Below, piece after piece: positions 16,411-24,499 of a stretch of DNA of 64,000 bases. Source of the stretch: a virus (taxonomy: Duplodnaviria; Caudoviricetes); the IMG/VR virus record IMGVR_UViG_3300027365_000007; one strand, given 5' to 3'. Under the pieces are notes generated by a model. That model was not told the DNA's origin and searched no databases. It worked only from the letters and a program-made list of their open reading frames with translations. The position numbers and the translations under genes were made by a program. Numbering within the stretch: position 1 is the first letter of the stretch; each line of letters starts with the position of its first letter.

Positions 16411-18972
16411 ATGTCCAGAAAACAAAAACTTATTGATAACCTATCTTATTTAGAAAACGATGTATATAATAAGAGTGAAGTTACAAGCCGTGATTATAAG
16501 CCCTACTATCAATATAAGATTGGGTTCCTTGACGAACAATTTTTTCCGGTGTACGGCTATCTGAATTTTGGTTATTTACCTCATTCATCAAAGTATTTCT
16601 TATTCAAGGATACCAAAGGTAGGGAAGTTATTCTTTACAAGGGATCGCAAGGCAAACCCGAAACAGACAGTTTCTTTAGAGCTTATCGATACGATAAGAA
16701 CGGTGATTTCATTTATGACAACTCACCACTTAGCACACCATTCATGTCATCCAATCAGAGAATTAATTACATTGATTGTTGTAGCACAAACTACATCGTC
16801 GCTCAGATCAAAACATTGGGTGATCCTAATACATACAACTATTATCTTATTCGAACTAACTCAAGTTACGATACATCTGTATGGCAGAATGTTTTGGACA
16901 TAACAAGTTCCATGGGGTTCAGTGCATCGGTTGCAAATAATATTACTATCGATGAAAAAGAACAAAAGCTTTATGTTATTGCGTCAGAAAATGCGAGTGG
17001 TGGGTTAACAAGTTTTGGTACTATAAAATTAAAAATATATAATCTTAATAATGGAAACTATATCAACGAATATTCTATATTTGATATGCCTACTGACTTA
17101 AATTATAGTGCCTATTCTACATCAACTAAAGCTCTAAGCTACGGTGGTCTTCGTACAGTATTTAATTATAATACTGGTGATCTATTAGTAAGCCTTAAAA
17201 CCATCATTTATTATGATATAAACGGTGGCAGAACTTATATTACAAAAGATATTAATCTTTCCTTAAACCTTAGTGATACCTTAAGGCAAACTGGCACAGG
17301 AACCTATAGTTATTATATACCTATTAACTCCACTAACTATGACTTCTTTAATAACGGCATTGGTATTGGCTCTTGGAATAGTGGTGGTAGACATGACGCT
17401 TATTCTTTCAATGAATATGATAACTCTATCTATTACATTGATAGATCAACGTGGATAGATACGGGATTCAACCTAAGACAACGTGATTTCAGTAGTCCAC
17501 TAACAAGCTCTGGATACTTCTTAGATTCTTTACCAGAAATTTATTCTACACAAAGACATAACGTACCCGATTCATCACCTTGGTCAAAAACCTGTTATAA
17601 AAAATGTATAATAACTGACGACTACTATATTGGCTATGGAAATAGCACAAAATATGGTGTTACTTATTTTATATCGAAATACAATATAAATGGACAAGAT
17701 ATAGAATTCATAGCAGGTCAGTGGAGAATATTAGATGATATAAACCTGAACAGTAATATTAATCTAAAAGAACTGGATAGATGGTTTATAACAAAGAATG
17801 GAACAACAGTAGAGTACTACATTTATGACAATTCATTTAATGTGTTTAAAATAGATATAGATAGTAACTTTAATATAATATACACTGATATGGGATTACA
17901 GTTACCTACTCCTAGCTCTTCATCTTATGGTAGGCAGAATCAATGGGCAATAGACTTTTCTAACAATAAGGTATATTGGGTTGTGTTAGATTATACCGAT
18001 TCTCATAAAGCAAAAATTATATGGACAAATAATAATGGATCATCATGGGACTTAGGACCGGTTCTTAACAGTACTCAAGCTAGTGGTTCAGCTTCACAGT
18101 TTAGTGATGGAAATGCTAGAGCATATGGGTCTAACGGCTCTAATATGTTTATGGAGAATAATTTAGTCTATGTAAACTTTACATATCTATCTGTCGGTGG
18201 AGCATATGGAACGCCATACGAACAATACGATAGTGCTACTAATACGCTGACTACATTCTCTAATTCAACAAACCCTTATAACGGTGGTAACTCAATTGGG
18301 TACAATAGTCGAATGAGTTATTATATAAGTGATACAAACATTGGTTATTATTCTATGCGCTTTTATAGTCAATCGGTGCTTTCTAATTTATTGAATGGGA
18401 ATTCGTTGAGTACACTGTATACTAATGTATCCACTTCATCTGGATTGGGCGCAACTCTTTTAAACTTTCCAGTATTCCTAGATGGTTATTATTATCAAAC
18501 AGCTACTACTGATGTGGCATTGGAAGCGAACGCAGATAACTTTGTTTATCTTGAGACAGTAGATAACACTACACTAAACGCTTATTCTAGTGTAACTGAT
18601 TTAAACAACACGTCTAATCGTATTAAGATTGCAAAAATAACAACTGATTCGGCAAACCCGATATCTCAAGAATTATATGATTTGAGTTTCAATGATACAA
18701 CAGCGCCGAAGTATATATTTAAAAAAATAAAACTAGAAAATGTTTCTCTTTCTCAAGGACAATCAATCACCGTACTATCAAGTGACTATGGGTTAAATGA
18801 TTATGATAGGTATCGAGTTATGGACTTCAGAAGTGATGGAACTGGTGACTATTTTTTAAATAGCAATGTAGAGTACAGTTTGAGTTTTGATAAAAGTCAG
18901 ATAGTCATTACATCACAAGAGAGTGGAACACAAACATATACATTTTTAATACACGTATATTTGGGGATATAA
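16411..18972 (+). CDS. large beta-rich virion protein (tail fibre / receptor-binding candidate)
   Basis: 853 aa, S/T/N/Y-rich; N-terminal YLENDVYNKSEV motif and C-terminal domain shared with the next gene. Confidence 0.55.
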   Translation: MSRKQKLIDNLSYLENDVYNKSEVTSRDYKPYYQYKIGFLDEQFFPVYGYLNFGYLPHSSKYFLFKDTKGREVILYKGSQGKPETDSFFRAYRYDKNGDFIYDNSPLSTPFMSSNQRINYIDCCSTNYIVAQIKTLGDPNTYNYYLIRTNSSYDTSVWQNVLDITSSMGFSASVANNITIDEKEQKLYVIASENASGGLTSFGTIKLKIYNLNNGNYINEYSIFDMPTDLNYSAYSTSTKALSYGGLRTVFNYNTGDLLVSLKTIIYYDINGGRTYITKDINLSLNLSDTLRQTGTGTYSYYIPINSTNYDFFNNGIGIGSWNSGGRHDAYSFNEYDNSIYYIDRSTWIDTGFNLRQRDFSSPLTSSGYFLDSLPEIYSTQRHNVPDSSPWSKTCYKKCIITDDYYIGYGNSTKYGVTYFISKYNINGQDIEFIAGQWRILDDINLNSNINLKELDRWFITKNGTTVEYYIYDNSFNVFKIDIDSNFNIIYTDMGLQLPTPSSSSYGRQNQWAIDFSNNKVYWVVLDYTDSHKAKIIWTNNNGSSWDLGPVLNSTQASGSASQFSDGNARAYGSNGSNMFMENNLVYVNFTYLSVGGAYGTPYEQYDSATNTLTTFSNSTNPYNGGNSIGYNSRMSYYISDTNIGYYSMRFYSQSVLSNLLNGNSLSTLYTNVSTSSGLGATLLNFPVFLDGYYYQTATTDVALEANADNFVYLETVDNTTLNAYSSVTDLNNTSNRIKIAKITTDSANPISQELYDLSFNDTTAPKYIFKKIKLENVSLSQGQSITVLSSDYGLNDYDRYRVMDFRSDGTGDYFLNSNVEYSLSFDKSQIVITSQESGTQTYTFLIHVYLGI

Positions 18973-18976
18973 TAAA

Positions 18977-19666
18977 ATGCCAAGCATGTATAAACGATTA
19001 ACCGATTACTTAGAATACTTAGAGAATAATGTATACAGTCGTGATGAGGTTGATTCTCGTGACTTCCTAAACTTTGAGCCTAAAGTAGGAGTCGGAAACA
19101 ATAATATCGTAAGCTACACAACATCAGGTCTAACATTTACAGTAACAGAAACTCGAATATTTTTAGGTGGGTACTCACACATTGTTAGTAGTCTTCCATA
19201 TACGTTACCTGCTAATGCAGTGTCTTACATTTATTTGGAAAAAGGATCAGGGCGTGATGATATAACTATTTCTCACACAACCACCGAGCTTCAAAACTCT
19301 TTTAATAAAATTTATATAGCTAAAGTTGAAACGAATGTATCCAGTATTACTAATGTTGATGCATATTCAGTAACACCATTTGGTTCCTTTGCGGACTATG
19401 AGAAAATGTCTTCGTTCACTACAACGGTTACTGTAGCATCCGGTTCGTCTTATGCTATAACCCTAAGTCAGTTGAGTAATATTAATACATTAAATAAAAC
19501 GTTCTTAGACTTTACGATTCAATATAGCGTGTTTGATTCTCAATCTAGTACATATCGATATCCGGTTGTAGGAATAGAGCAGCGAATAAATTCTACTGCG
19601 GATACCTTGACAATAACAAACAATACCGGCTCTTCTGTAGATATTGTAATAAGTATTCATGGATAA
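18977..19666 (+). CDS. virion or tail-fibre-associated protein, paralogue of the termini of 16411..18972
   Basis: YLENNVYSRDEVDSRD and FLGGY...YIYLE...KIYIAKV motifs. Confidence 0.55.
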   Translation: MPSMYKRLTDYLEYLENNVYSRDEVDSRDFLNFEPKVGVGNNNIVSYTTSGLTFTVTETRIFLGGYSHIVSSLPYTLPANAVSYIYLEKGSGRDDITISHTTTELQNSFNKIYIAKVETNVSSITNVDAYSVTPFGSFADYEKMSSFTTTVTVASGSSYAITLSQLSNINTLNKTFLDFTIQYSVFDSQSSTYRYPVVGIEQRINSTADTLTITNNTGSSVDIVISIHG

Positions 19667-19686
19667 AAAATTTGTGGAGATAACCA

Positions 19687-19932
19687 ATGAAGATATATGA
19701 TTTATTAGAAGCTCCGGTTCCCAAGCCCCTTGATAATGACATTGAAGATGCTATCGAACATGCTGATACTGAGGGTAATGGATGGGATAGAACAGACTTT
19801 CATCTTGAAAAGATGCTGGACCTGATCCTGAATGAGGTTTACGAATATGCAAGAAGTACAACAAATCAATGTAAATCCAACTATGGCTTCGTTTTTGAGA
19901 TTTATTATGCTAGGTTATCACAAGGTTGGTAA
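19687..19932 (+). CDS. small protein with MKIYDLLE N-terminus
   Basis: GGAG RBS; 3' end overlaps the next gene. Confidence 0.55.
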   Translation: MKIYDLLEAPVPKPLDNDIEDAIEHADTEGNGWDRTDFHLEKMLDLILNEVYEYARSTTNQCKSNYGFVFEIYYARLSQGW

Positions 19933-20128
19933 CACAGTATGGACTACTCGACAGGACGGTAGTAAAGTACTTACAAAGACTCAATTGACATCTCTAGAGA
20001 ATAAGGGACTTATTGTTATTGGCTGGTATCCAGACAAGGCAGTGTTAGAGTCTCATGTAAATATAGTTGCTGTCGAACCTATGGGATTGAAAGTGCCATA
20101 TAAAAAATTTAAAGTAACATACTATTAG
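19847..20128 (+). CDS. hypothetical protein, paralogue of 13865..14134
   Basis: GAGG RBS before ATG 19847; shared motif. Confidence 0.7.
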   Translation: MQEVQQINVNPTMASFLRFIMLGYHKVGNTVWTTRQDGSKVLTKTQLTSLENKGLIVIGWYPDKAVLESHVNIVAVEPMGLKVPYKKFKVTYY

Positions 20129-20423
20129 ATAAAACAAATTATTATAATAATTTTTTAAGGTATATGATAGCTTAGGTTTGAGCAAAAATGTATCTAGTTA
20201 AGAGGACTATATTATGCCAAGTAAAAAAAGAATTAAACAGTTTTTTCGATGAAGTACTTATTGATGAGATACTTCAGTCCCCAGAAAACGATAATGTGAA
20301 AAAATAAGCTATACACTGGCTGTTAGTGTTGCTAGTTTTATTATTTATGGTTATACTTTAGAATATATACTGGACATATGTGCTATTCCAATTCGATTCC
20401 TGCCATATGTGATTTTTATTTTA

Positions 20424-20487
20424 GCCCAAGTAACCGTGTCTGGCTACGAACCAGTTAAGCGTAGTTGGAGTTGAAAATGTAGGTTCG
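20424..20487 (+). pseudogene. truncated non-canonical tRNA-Arg(ACG)-like gene
   Basis: CTGG-CTACGAA-CCAG arm; sequence breaks off at GTAGGTTCG immediately before the HNH gene. Confidence 0.45.
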
Positions 20488-20526
20488 TAAGCATAAATAC
20501 AGGTATATGATCGAGAGAATATCTGT

Positions 20527-21216
20527 ATGAATTATCAAAAGCACTATGATCTATTAATTGATCGGGCAAGAAATAGAACTCTTGAAGGGTATAAGGAAAT
20601 GCATCATGTGACTCCAAGATGTATGGGTGGAACCGATGATCTTTATAACATAGTTGAATTAACATCAGAAGAACATTATGTAGCTCACCAACTGTTAGTT
20701 AAAATGTACCCCGATCATGATGGTTTAAAATGGGCAGCAATCCAAATGCTAGGTCACCCTAATGGGAATAGGAATAATAACCAGACTTATGGTTGGTTAA
20801 AAAAACATTATCATAATGTGTGTAAGAAAAGAAAAGGTAAAAAGAATGGCTCTTATGGTAAAAGTTGGTTCCATAACCCATTGACTGAAGAAGTCATTAA
20901 GTGTAGTACAAATGATGTCCCTGATGGATTTATCAAAGGGCGCAGCATTAGTGAGTTAAGAACGTGCCCTAATTGTGCTATAGACTTCAGAGTTGCAAAG
21001 TCTAAAAAACAGACATATTGCACCAATAGATGTAAGAGTACAAATAATATAGTTAGTAAAGAAACTAGAAATAAAATAGCAGAATCCCAGAGACGATATT
21101 ATCAAAAAATAAAACACCCTCATCTTGGAACCATCTTAATCACCAATGGAGATATCGTTAAAAGGATTAATAACGATGCCCCTATTCCAGAAGGATGGTG
21201 GAAAGGTAGAATTTAA
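20527..21216 (+). CDS. HNH homing endonuclease
   Basis: Y..HY..LI..A..R...EMHHVTPRCMGGTDD..N.V.LT.EEHYVAH.LL; C-terminal PEGWWKGR-type motifs. Confidence 0.9.
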   Translation: MNYQKHYDLLIDRARNRTLEGYKEMHHVTPRCMGGTDDLYNIVELTSEEHYVAHQLLVKMYPDHDGLKWAAIQMLGHPNGNRNNNQTYGWLKKHYHNVCKKRKGKKNGSYGKSWFHNPLTEEVIKCSTNDVPDGFIKGRSISELRTCPNCAIDFRVAKSKKQTYCTNRCKSTNNIVSKETRNKIAESQRRYYQKIKHPHLGTILITNGDIVKRINNDAPIPEGWWKGRI

Positions 21217-21220
21217 CATC

Positions 21221-21297
21221 AGGAAGTTAGCTCAGTTGGCTAGAGCATTCGACCGATAATCGAAGGGTCGCTGGTTCGAGTCCAGCACTTCCTACCA
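21221..21297 (+). tRNA. tRNA-Ile(GAT) second copy with C33
   Basis: TTCGA-CCGATAA-TCGAA, CCA. Confidence 0.85.
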
Positions 21298-21302
21298 TTT
21301 TC

Positions 21303-21379
21303 TGGGGCTTAGCTCAGTCTGGTAGAGCATCTGCTTTGGGAGCAGAGGGTCGTAGGTTCAATTCCTGCATCCCCGACCA
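21303..21379 (+). tRNA. tRNA-Pro(TGG)
   Basis: TCTGC-TTTGGGA-GCAGA, CCA. Confidence 0.9.
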
Positions 21380-21384
21380 ATTTC

Positions 21385-21462
21385 AAGGGGGTCGTTTCCT
21401 TTAAGGAAGCACCGTATGATCCGAATCGGTTCCTGTGTAGAGTACAGGGGTTCCCTTTTTTT
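21385..21462 (+). ncRNA. tRNA-like cloverleaf RNA without CCA
   Basis: 7-bp closing stem and three hairpins, located between two tRNA genes. Confidence 0.5.
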
Positions 21463-21479
21463 ATTTCAATTAGTTTTGT

Positions 21480-21556
21480 TGGGGTATCGCCAAGTGGACT
21501 AAGGCATCGGGTTTTGATCCCGATATTCGAAGGTTCGAATCCTTCTGCCCCTACCA
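21480..21556 (+). tRNA. tRNA-Gln(TTG) second copy
   Basis: TCGGG-TTTTGAT-CCCGA, CCA. Confidence 0.9.
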
Positions 21557-22063
21557 TTATCTTTTAACTCTTTTTACTGAAAGTATCCTAGAAGTGTTAG
21601 GGTTTATTATTACTTCCTTTTCATATTTTATCGTGGAAATAACATCAGGATCGTCCAAGAATGCAATAAAAGCTAGAGGCACAAATATAACATCGCTAGT
21701 GTTTATTTTGAAAGTGATTAAATAACCAACATCACCTAAGACCTTAGAAAAATTTTCAGCCACGGTCTTAGAATATGAACATGAACTGTACGATATACCT
21801 TTAGTGTTAGTTTTTTCTTTTTCCCGTGACGAAATTTCTTTTTTTATGGTGATCCATTCTTCTTCATCGTAGTCATCATTCCAAAAGTATACTCCACGGT
21901 AAACCGTATCGGGTATTTTCTCACGATATTCATCATTTACTTTCTTGAAGTATGAACTATTCTCTATATAGTTCAGTAAGTCATGAAACTTATTTTTATT
22001 ACTGATGAATTCTTTAAATAGTTGTTGAAATTTCGTGTCAGATTCTATATCATGTATATTCAT
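21557..22063 (-). CDS. ADP-ribosyltransferase, R-S-E (VIP2/Alt-like) type
   Basis: VYRG, YSSCS...A..F and EKEVII motifs. Confidence 0.7.
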   Translation of the reverse strand: MNIHDIESDTKFQQLFKEFISNKNKFHDLLNYIENSSYFKKVNDEYREKIPDTVYRGVYFWNDDYDEEEWITIKKEISSREKEKTNTKGISYSSCSYSKTVAENFSKVLGDVGYLITFKINTSDVIFVPLAFIAFLDDPDVISTIKYEKEVIINPNTSRILSVKRVKR

Positions 22064-22090
22064 AGCTAATAAACCTTTTCTTATATTTAT

Positions 22091-22164
22091 TGAGGATTAG
22101 TGTCAGTGGCCTAACACACAGCGCTCATAACGCTGTACCACCAGTTCGAATCTGGTATCCTCGA
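22091..22164 (+). tRNA. tRNA with CAT anticodon (elongator Met or Ile2), CCA not encoded
   Basis: CAGCG-CTCATAA-CGCTG; no GGG/CCC initiator signature. Confidence 0.75.
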
Positions 22165-22188
22165 CTCATACCAATGGAGATAATAGAT

Positions 22189-22407
22189 ATGAAGCATCTT
22201 ACTGTAGGAAAATTGAAAGAGTTGATTGAAGACGTTGATGATGATACTATTGTCGCTGGCATTGGACATTTCGGTGAAACTCTTAATATCGAGCCAGTTG
22301 GTCTCCAAGGTGCTGTACTTAACGATAGTAAAACACGTTGGCAAGATGGTAAGAAAGTTACTGTCTTCGTACTTAATTGTGAAGATATGGGTCCAGACCC
22401 AGAATAA
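22189..22407 (+). CDS. hypothetical protein
   Basis: GGAG RBS; MKHLTVGKLKELIE start. Confidence 0.7.
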   Translation: MKHLTVGKLKELIEDVDDDTIVAGIGHFGETLNIEPVGLQGAVLNDSKTRWQDGKKVTVFVLNCEDMGPDPE

Positions 22408-22414
22408 GGAATAT

Positions 22415-22786
22415 ATGATAATAGAACTAGACTCAATATATCAACTTTTAGAAGAAGGACGTTTTACAACCCAAGTACCGACGATTTACATAGGTGGTGG
22501 TTCTTCTAATATGGTTAATATTCCAGACGCATTTTTTATGAATGTTAAATTTGGACAGGATCGTATTGCTTTTGGAAAAGAGAAGTCTTATCTTGCTCTT
22601 AGTAGGACAGGATTTAACGTTTATAAAGATGAACTGTATAATGCTTATGCACGTGGTATACAAGCTCATGGTCTTAGACCAAACCAACCATCAACCAAAA
22701 AAGAGTTTGTTGATCAGATGAATCAGTGGTATGATAATCTTGAAAATAAATCGCTAACCGAAGCGAAGAAAAGAAAACTTATTTAG
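22415..22786 (+). CDS. hypothetical protein
   Basis: AAGGA RBS before ATG 22415 within track ORF 22226..22786. Confidence 0.7.
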   Translation: MIIELDSIYQLLEEGRFTTQVPTIYIGGGSSNMVNIPDAFFMNVKFGQDRIAFGKEKSYLALSRTGFNVYKDELYNAYARGIQAHGLRPNQPSTKKEFVDQMNQWYDNLENKSLTEAKKRKLI

Positions 22787-22861
22787 GACGTATAACTCAG
22801 TTAGTAAAGTACTACCCTGTCACGGTAGAACTCGTGAGTTCGAGCCCAGCCGGGGGAGCCA
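22786..22861 (+). pseudogene. pseudo-tRNA-Asp(GTC)
   Basis: CTACC-CTGTCAC-GGTAG arm and CCA; acceptor and T stems decayed. Confidence 0.6.
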
Positions 22862-22879
22862 AATTAAGAGAGAAATGCT

Positions 22880-23206
22880 ATGAAAACAACTATTCAGGAA
22901 CCATCAGTAACAGAAACGAAAGTGACTGTATATGGCATTTATGATAATGCCTGTGGTGTTTTAGTTGATCGTAAAGATCAGGAGTGTGGAGACTTTAGAT
23001 ATGACAGTAAAGTTCTTACAGACCAAGAATACATGGTTGTTAATAGTATTTCCACTCACGATGATAAGAAAGCGTTGTATGAAGATATTGAAGACGCTAA
23101 ACACGTAAAATGGTTACTGGAAAAAGAAAACTCAGATAATGCATATACAATAGTATCATTTACTAAGTGTACCTATGAGTTTTATAAGTTTGACGCGGTA
23201 GAATAG
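22880..23206 (+). CDS. hypothetical protein
   Basis: 108 aa. Confidence 0.7.
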   Translation: MKTTIQEPSVTETKVTVYGIYDNACGVLVDRKDQECGDFRYDSKVLTDQEYMVVNSISTHDDKKALYEDIEDAKHVKWLLEKENSDNAYTIVSFTKCTYEFYKFDAVE

Positions 23207-23208
23207 AT

Positions 23209-23568
23209 ATGGAAATATTTTTAATCGTTATGGTTCTTTTTATACTAGGAGCCATGAAAGCAAGTCATGAAAACAATAAGCCAGAAACGTTGTTAGATTG
23301 TAGCGACAATTTATGCAAGTGGAATGATGGGAAACCCTGTCCATATAAGTTAATCCAATATAAAGGACAACATGGTCTTAGACGACGTGTAGAAGGAATA
23401 CATGAATGTTGTAGCACCCGACAGGCAAAAGTTAAAATGGCGAAGCTTGTACTAGAGGGTAAAATCAATACCAAAGGACAGAGTATTATCGATAGTTCTA
23501 GAAAAACTGTTGAGTGGCACAAGAGAGAATATCCTGAAGAACATGAATTTCTCTTTGGTGAAAAATAA
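23209..23568 (+). CDS. hypothetical protein with N-terminal membrane anchor
   Basis: 119 aa. Confidence 0.7.
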   Translation: MEIFLIVMVLFILGAMKASHENNKPETLLDCSDNLCKWNDGKPCPYKLIQYKGQHGLRRRVEGIHECCSTRQAKVKMAKLVLEGKINTKGQSIIDSSRKTVEWHKREYPEEHEFLFGEK

Positions 23569-23570
23569 TT

Positions 23571-23599
23571 TTGACTTTTAATTTTTAACCCTCTATAAT
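23571..23599 (+). promoter_or_regulatory. sigma70-type promoter
   Basis: TTGACT, 17-nt spacer, TATAAT. Confidence 0.75.
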
Positions 23600-23625
23600 G
23601 TTTATAACAGATCAGGGGATTTATT

Positions 23626-23802
23626 ATGTGTAATCAAAATGCTAATACGTTGGAAGATAAAATCATTGAGCTTCGTGCAATGGAGCTTGAACTTGATGAA
23701 GCGGTTTACTTTGATGATGCTGTGTATGTGATTGAACGTCTCCATGAAAAAGTTAGCGACATTAAGTCTGAAATTCAAGCGCTTGAAAAGGATTATGACT
23801 GA
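23626..23802 (+). CDS. small acidic coiled-coil protein (58 aa)
   Basis: GGGGA RBS; below the track cutoff. Confidence 0.65.
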   Translation: MCNQNANTLEDKIIELRAMELELDEAVYFDDAVYVIERLHEKVSDIKSEIQALEKDYD

Positions 23803-23813
23803 AAGAATAATGG

Positions 23814-23880
23814 TGTATGTAGCTTAGTTGGTAAAGCCCCACCATACACCCCAAACATCAATATATAGTACCATCCCCCT
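23814..23880 (+). pseudogene. tRNA remnant
   Basis: D-arm-like TAGCTTAGTTGGTAAAGC only. Confidence 0.3.
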
Positions 23881-23918
23881 ACTTAATAATAGTACGAGAA
23901 TTAAACGAGGCTAAGTGT

Positions 23919-24443
23919 ATGAAATCCTACGACGATCCACAAACATTACGTAAAAACTTTATTGAGTATGTTATCAAGCCGTTGCGAGTACCACGACCTT
24001 GGGAAAAGCCTGAAGAAAGTATTATTGAATATAGGTTGAAAAATAAAGACGTTCATTTTTTCGAGCGTATTATTAGTAGAAGTGTAGACCTTGGACGACT
24101 GGGGAGTTTGTGTAAACGCCTTATTAATGAGAACTATTGTACACTTTTGTACAATTTCCATATGGCTAGAAAAACCTTTAAGATGTTTGAAGAAAAACCA
24201 TTTCTTCTCGTCACCTACAAAGATTTAAATATTATTTTTATGATGGTAGATGGACATGATCACCCGAAGTATAAGCGTTGGGAACTTGTACCTATCACTG
24301 TACTAAAAAATAACGACAAATTCACTTATGATTATCGTATCGATATACCTGATAAAAAACCAGATGTTTTAGTACCCAAGTTGAAACAATTCCATATTAC
24401 GACTGACGATACACCATCTATTATTCAACCGAAGAAGGTCTAA
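23919..24443 (+). CDS. hypothetical protein
   Basis: 174 aa. Confidence 0.7.
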   Translation: MKSYDDPQTLRKNFIEYVIKPLRVPRPWEKPEESIIEYRLKNKDVHFFERIISRSVDLGRLGSLCKRLINENYCTLLYNFHMARKTFKMFEEKPFLLVTYKDLNIIFMMVDGHDHPKYKRWELVPITVLKNNDKFTYDYRIDIPDKKPDVLVPKLKQFHITTDDTPSIIQPKKV

Positions 24444-24459
24444 CCTCTTCGGTTTTTTA
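24428..24459 (+). terminator. Rho-independent terminator
   Basis: AACCGAAGA...TCTTCGGTT plus T tract. Confidence 0.7.
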
Positions 24460-24499
24460 TTATCTACTGTTTACAAAGAGTGGACTGGATGATAAGATA

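Noticed and set aside
19687-20128. Single frameshifted gene joining 19687..19932 and 19832..20128
   Set aside because: The second ORF has its own RBS and ATG at 19847 and a stand-alone paralogue of similar length; the overlap is unexplained but fusion is not required.
20364-20410. tRNA gene at ACATATG...TTCGATT...CATATGT
   Set aside because: Only a mini-helix with a T-loop-like heptamer and no anticodon arm; at most a remnant.
20424-21220. Group I intron in a tRNA carrying the HNH gene
   Set aside because: No P/Q/R/S core visible and the missing tRNA 3' exon does not reappear after the ORF.
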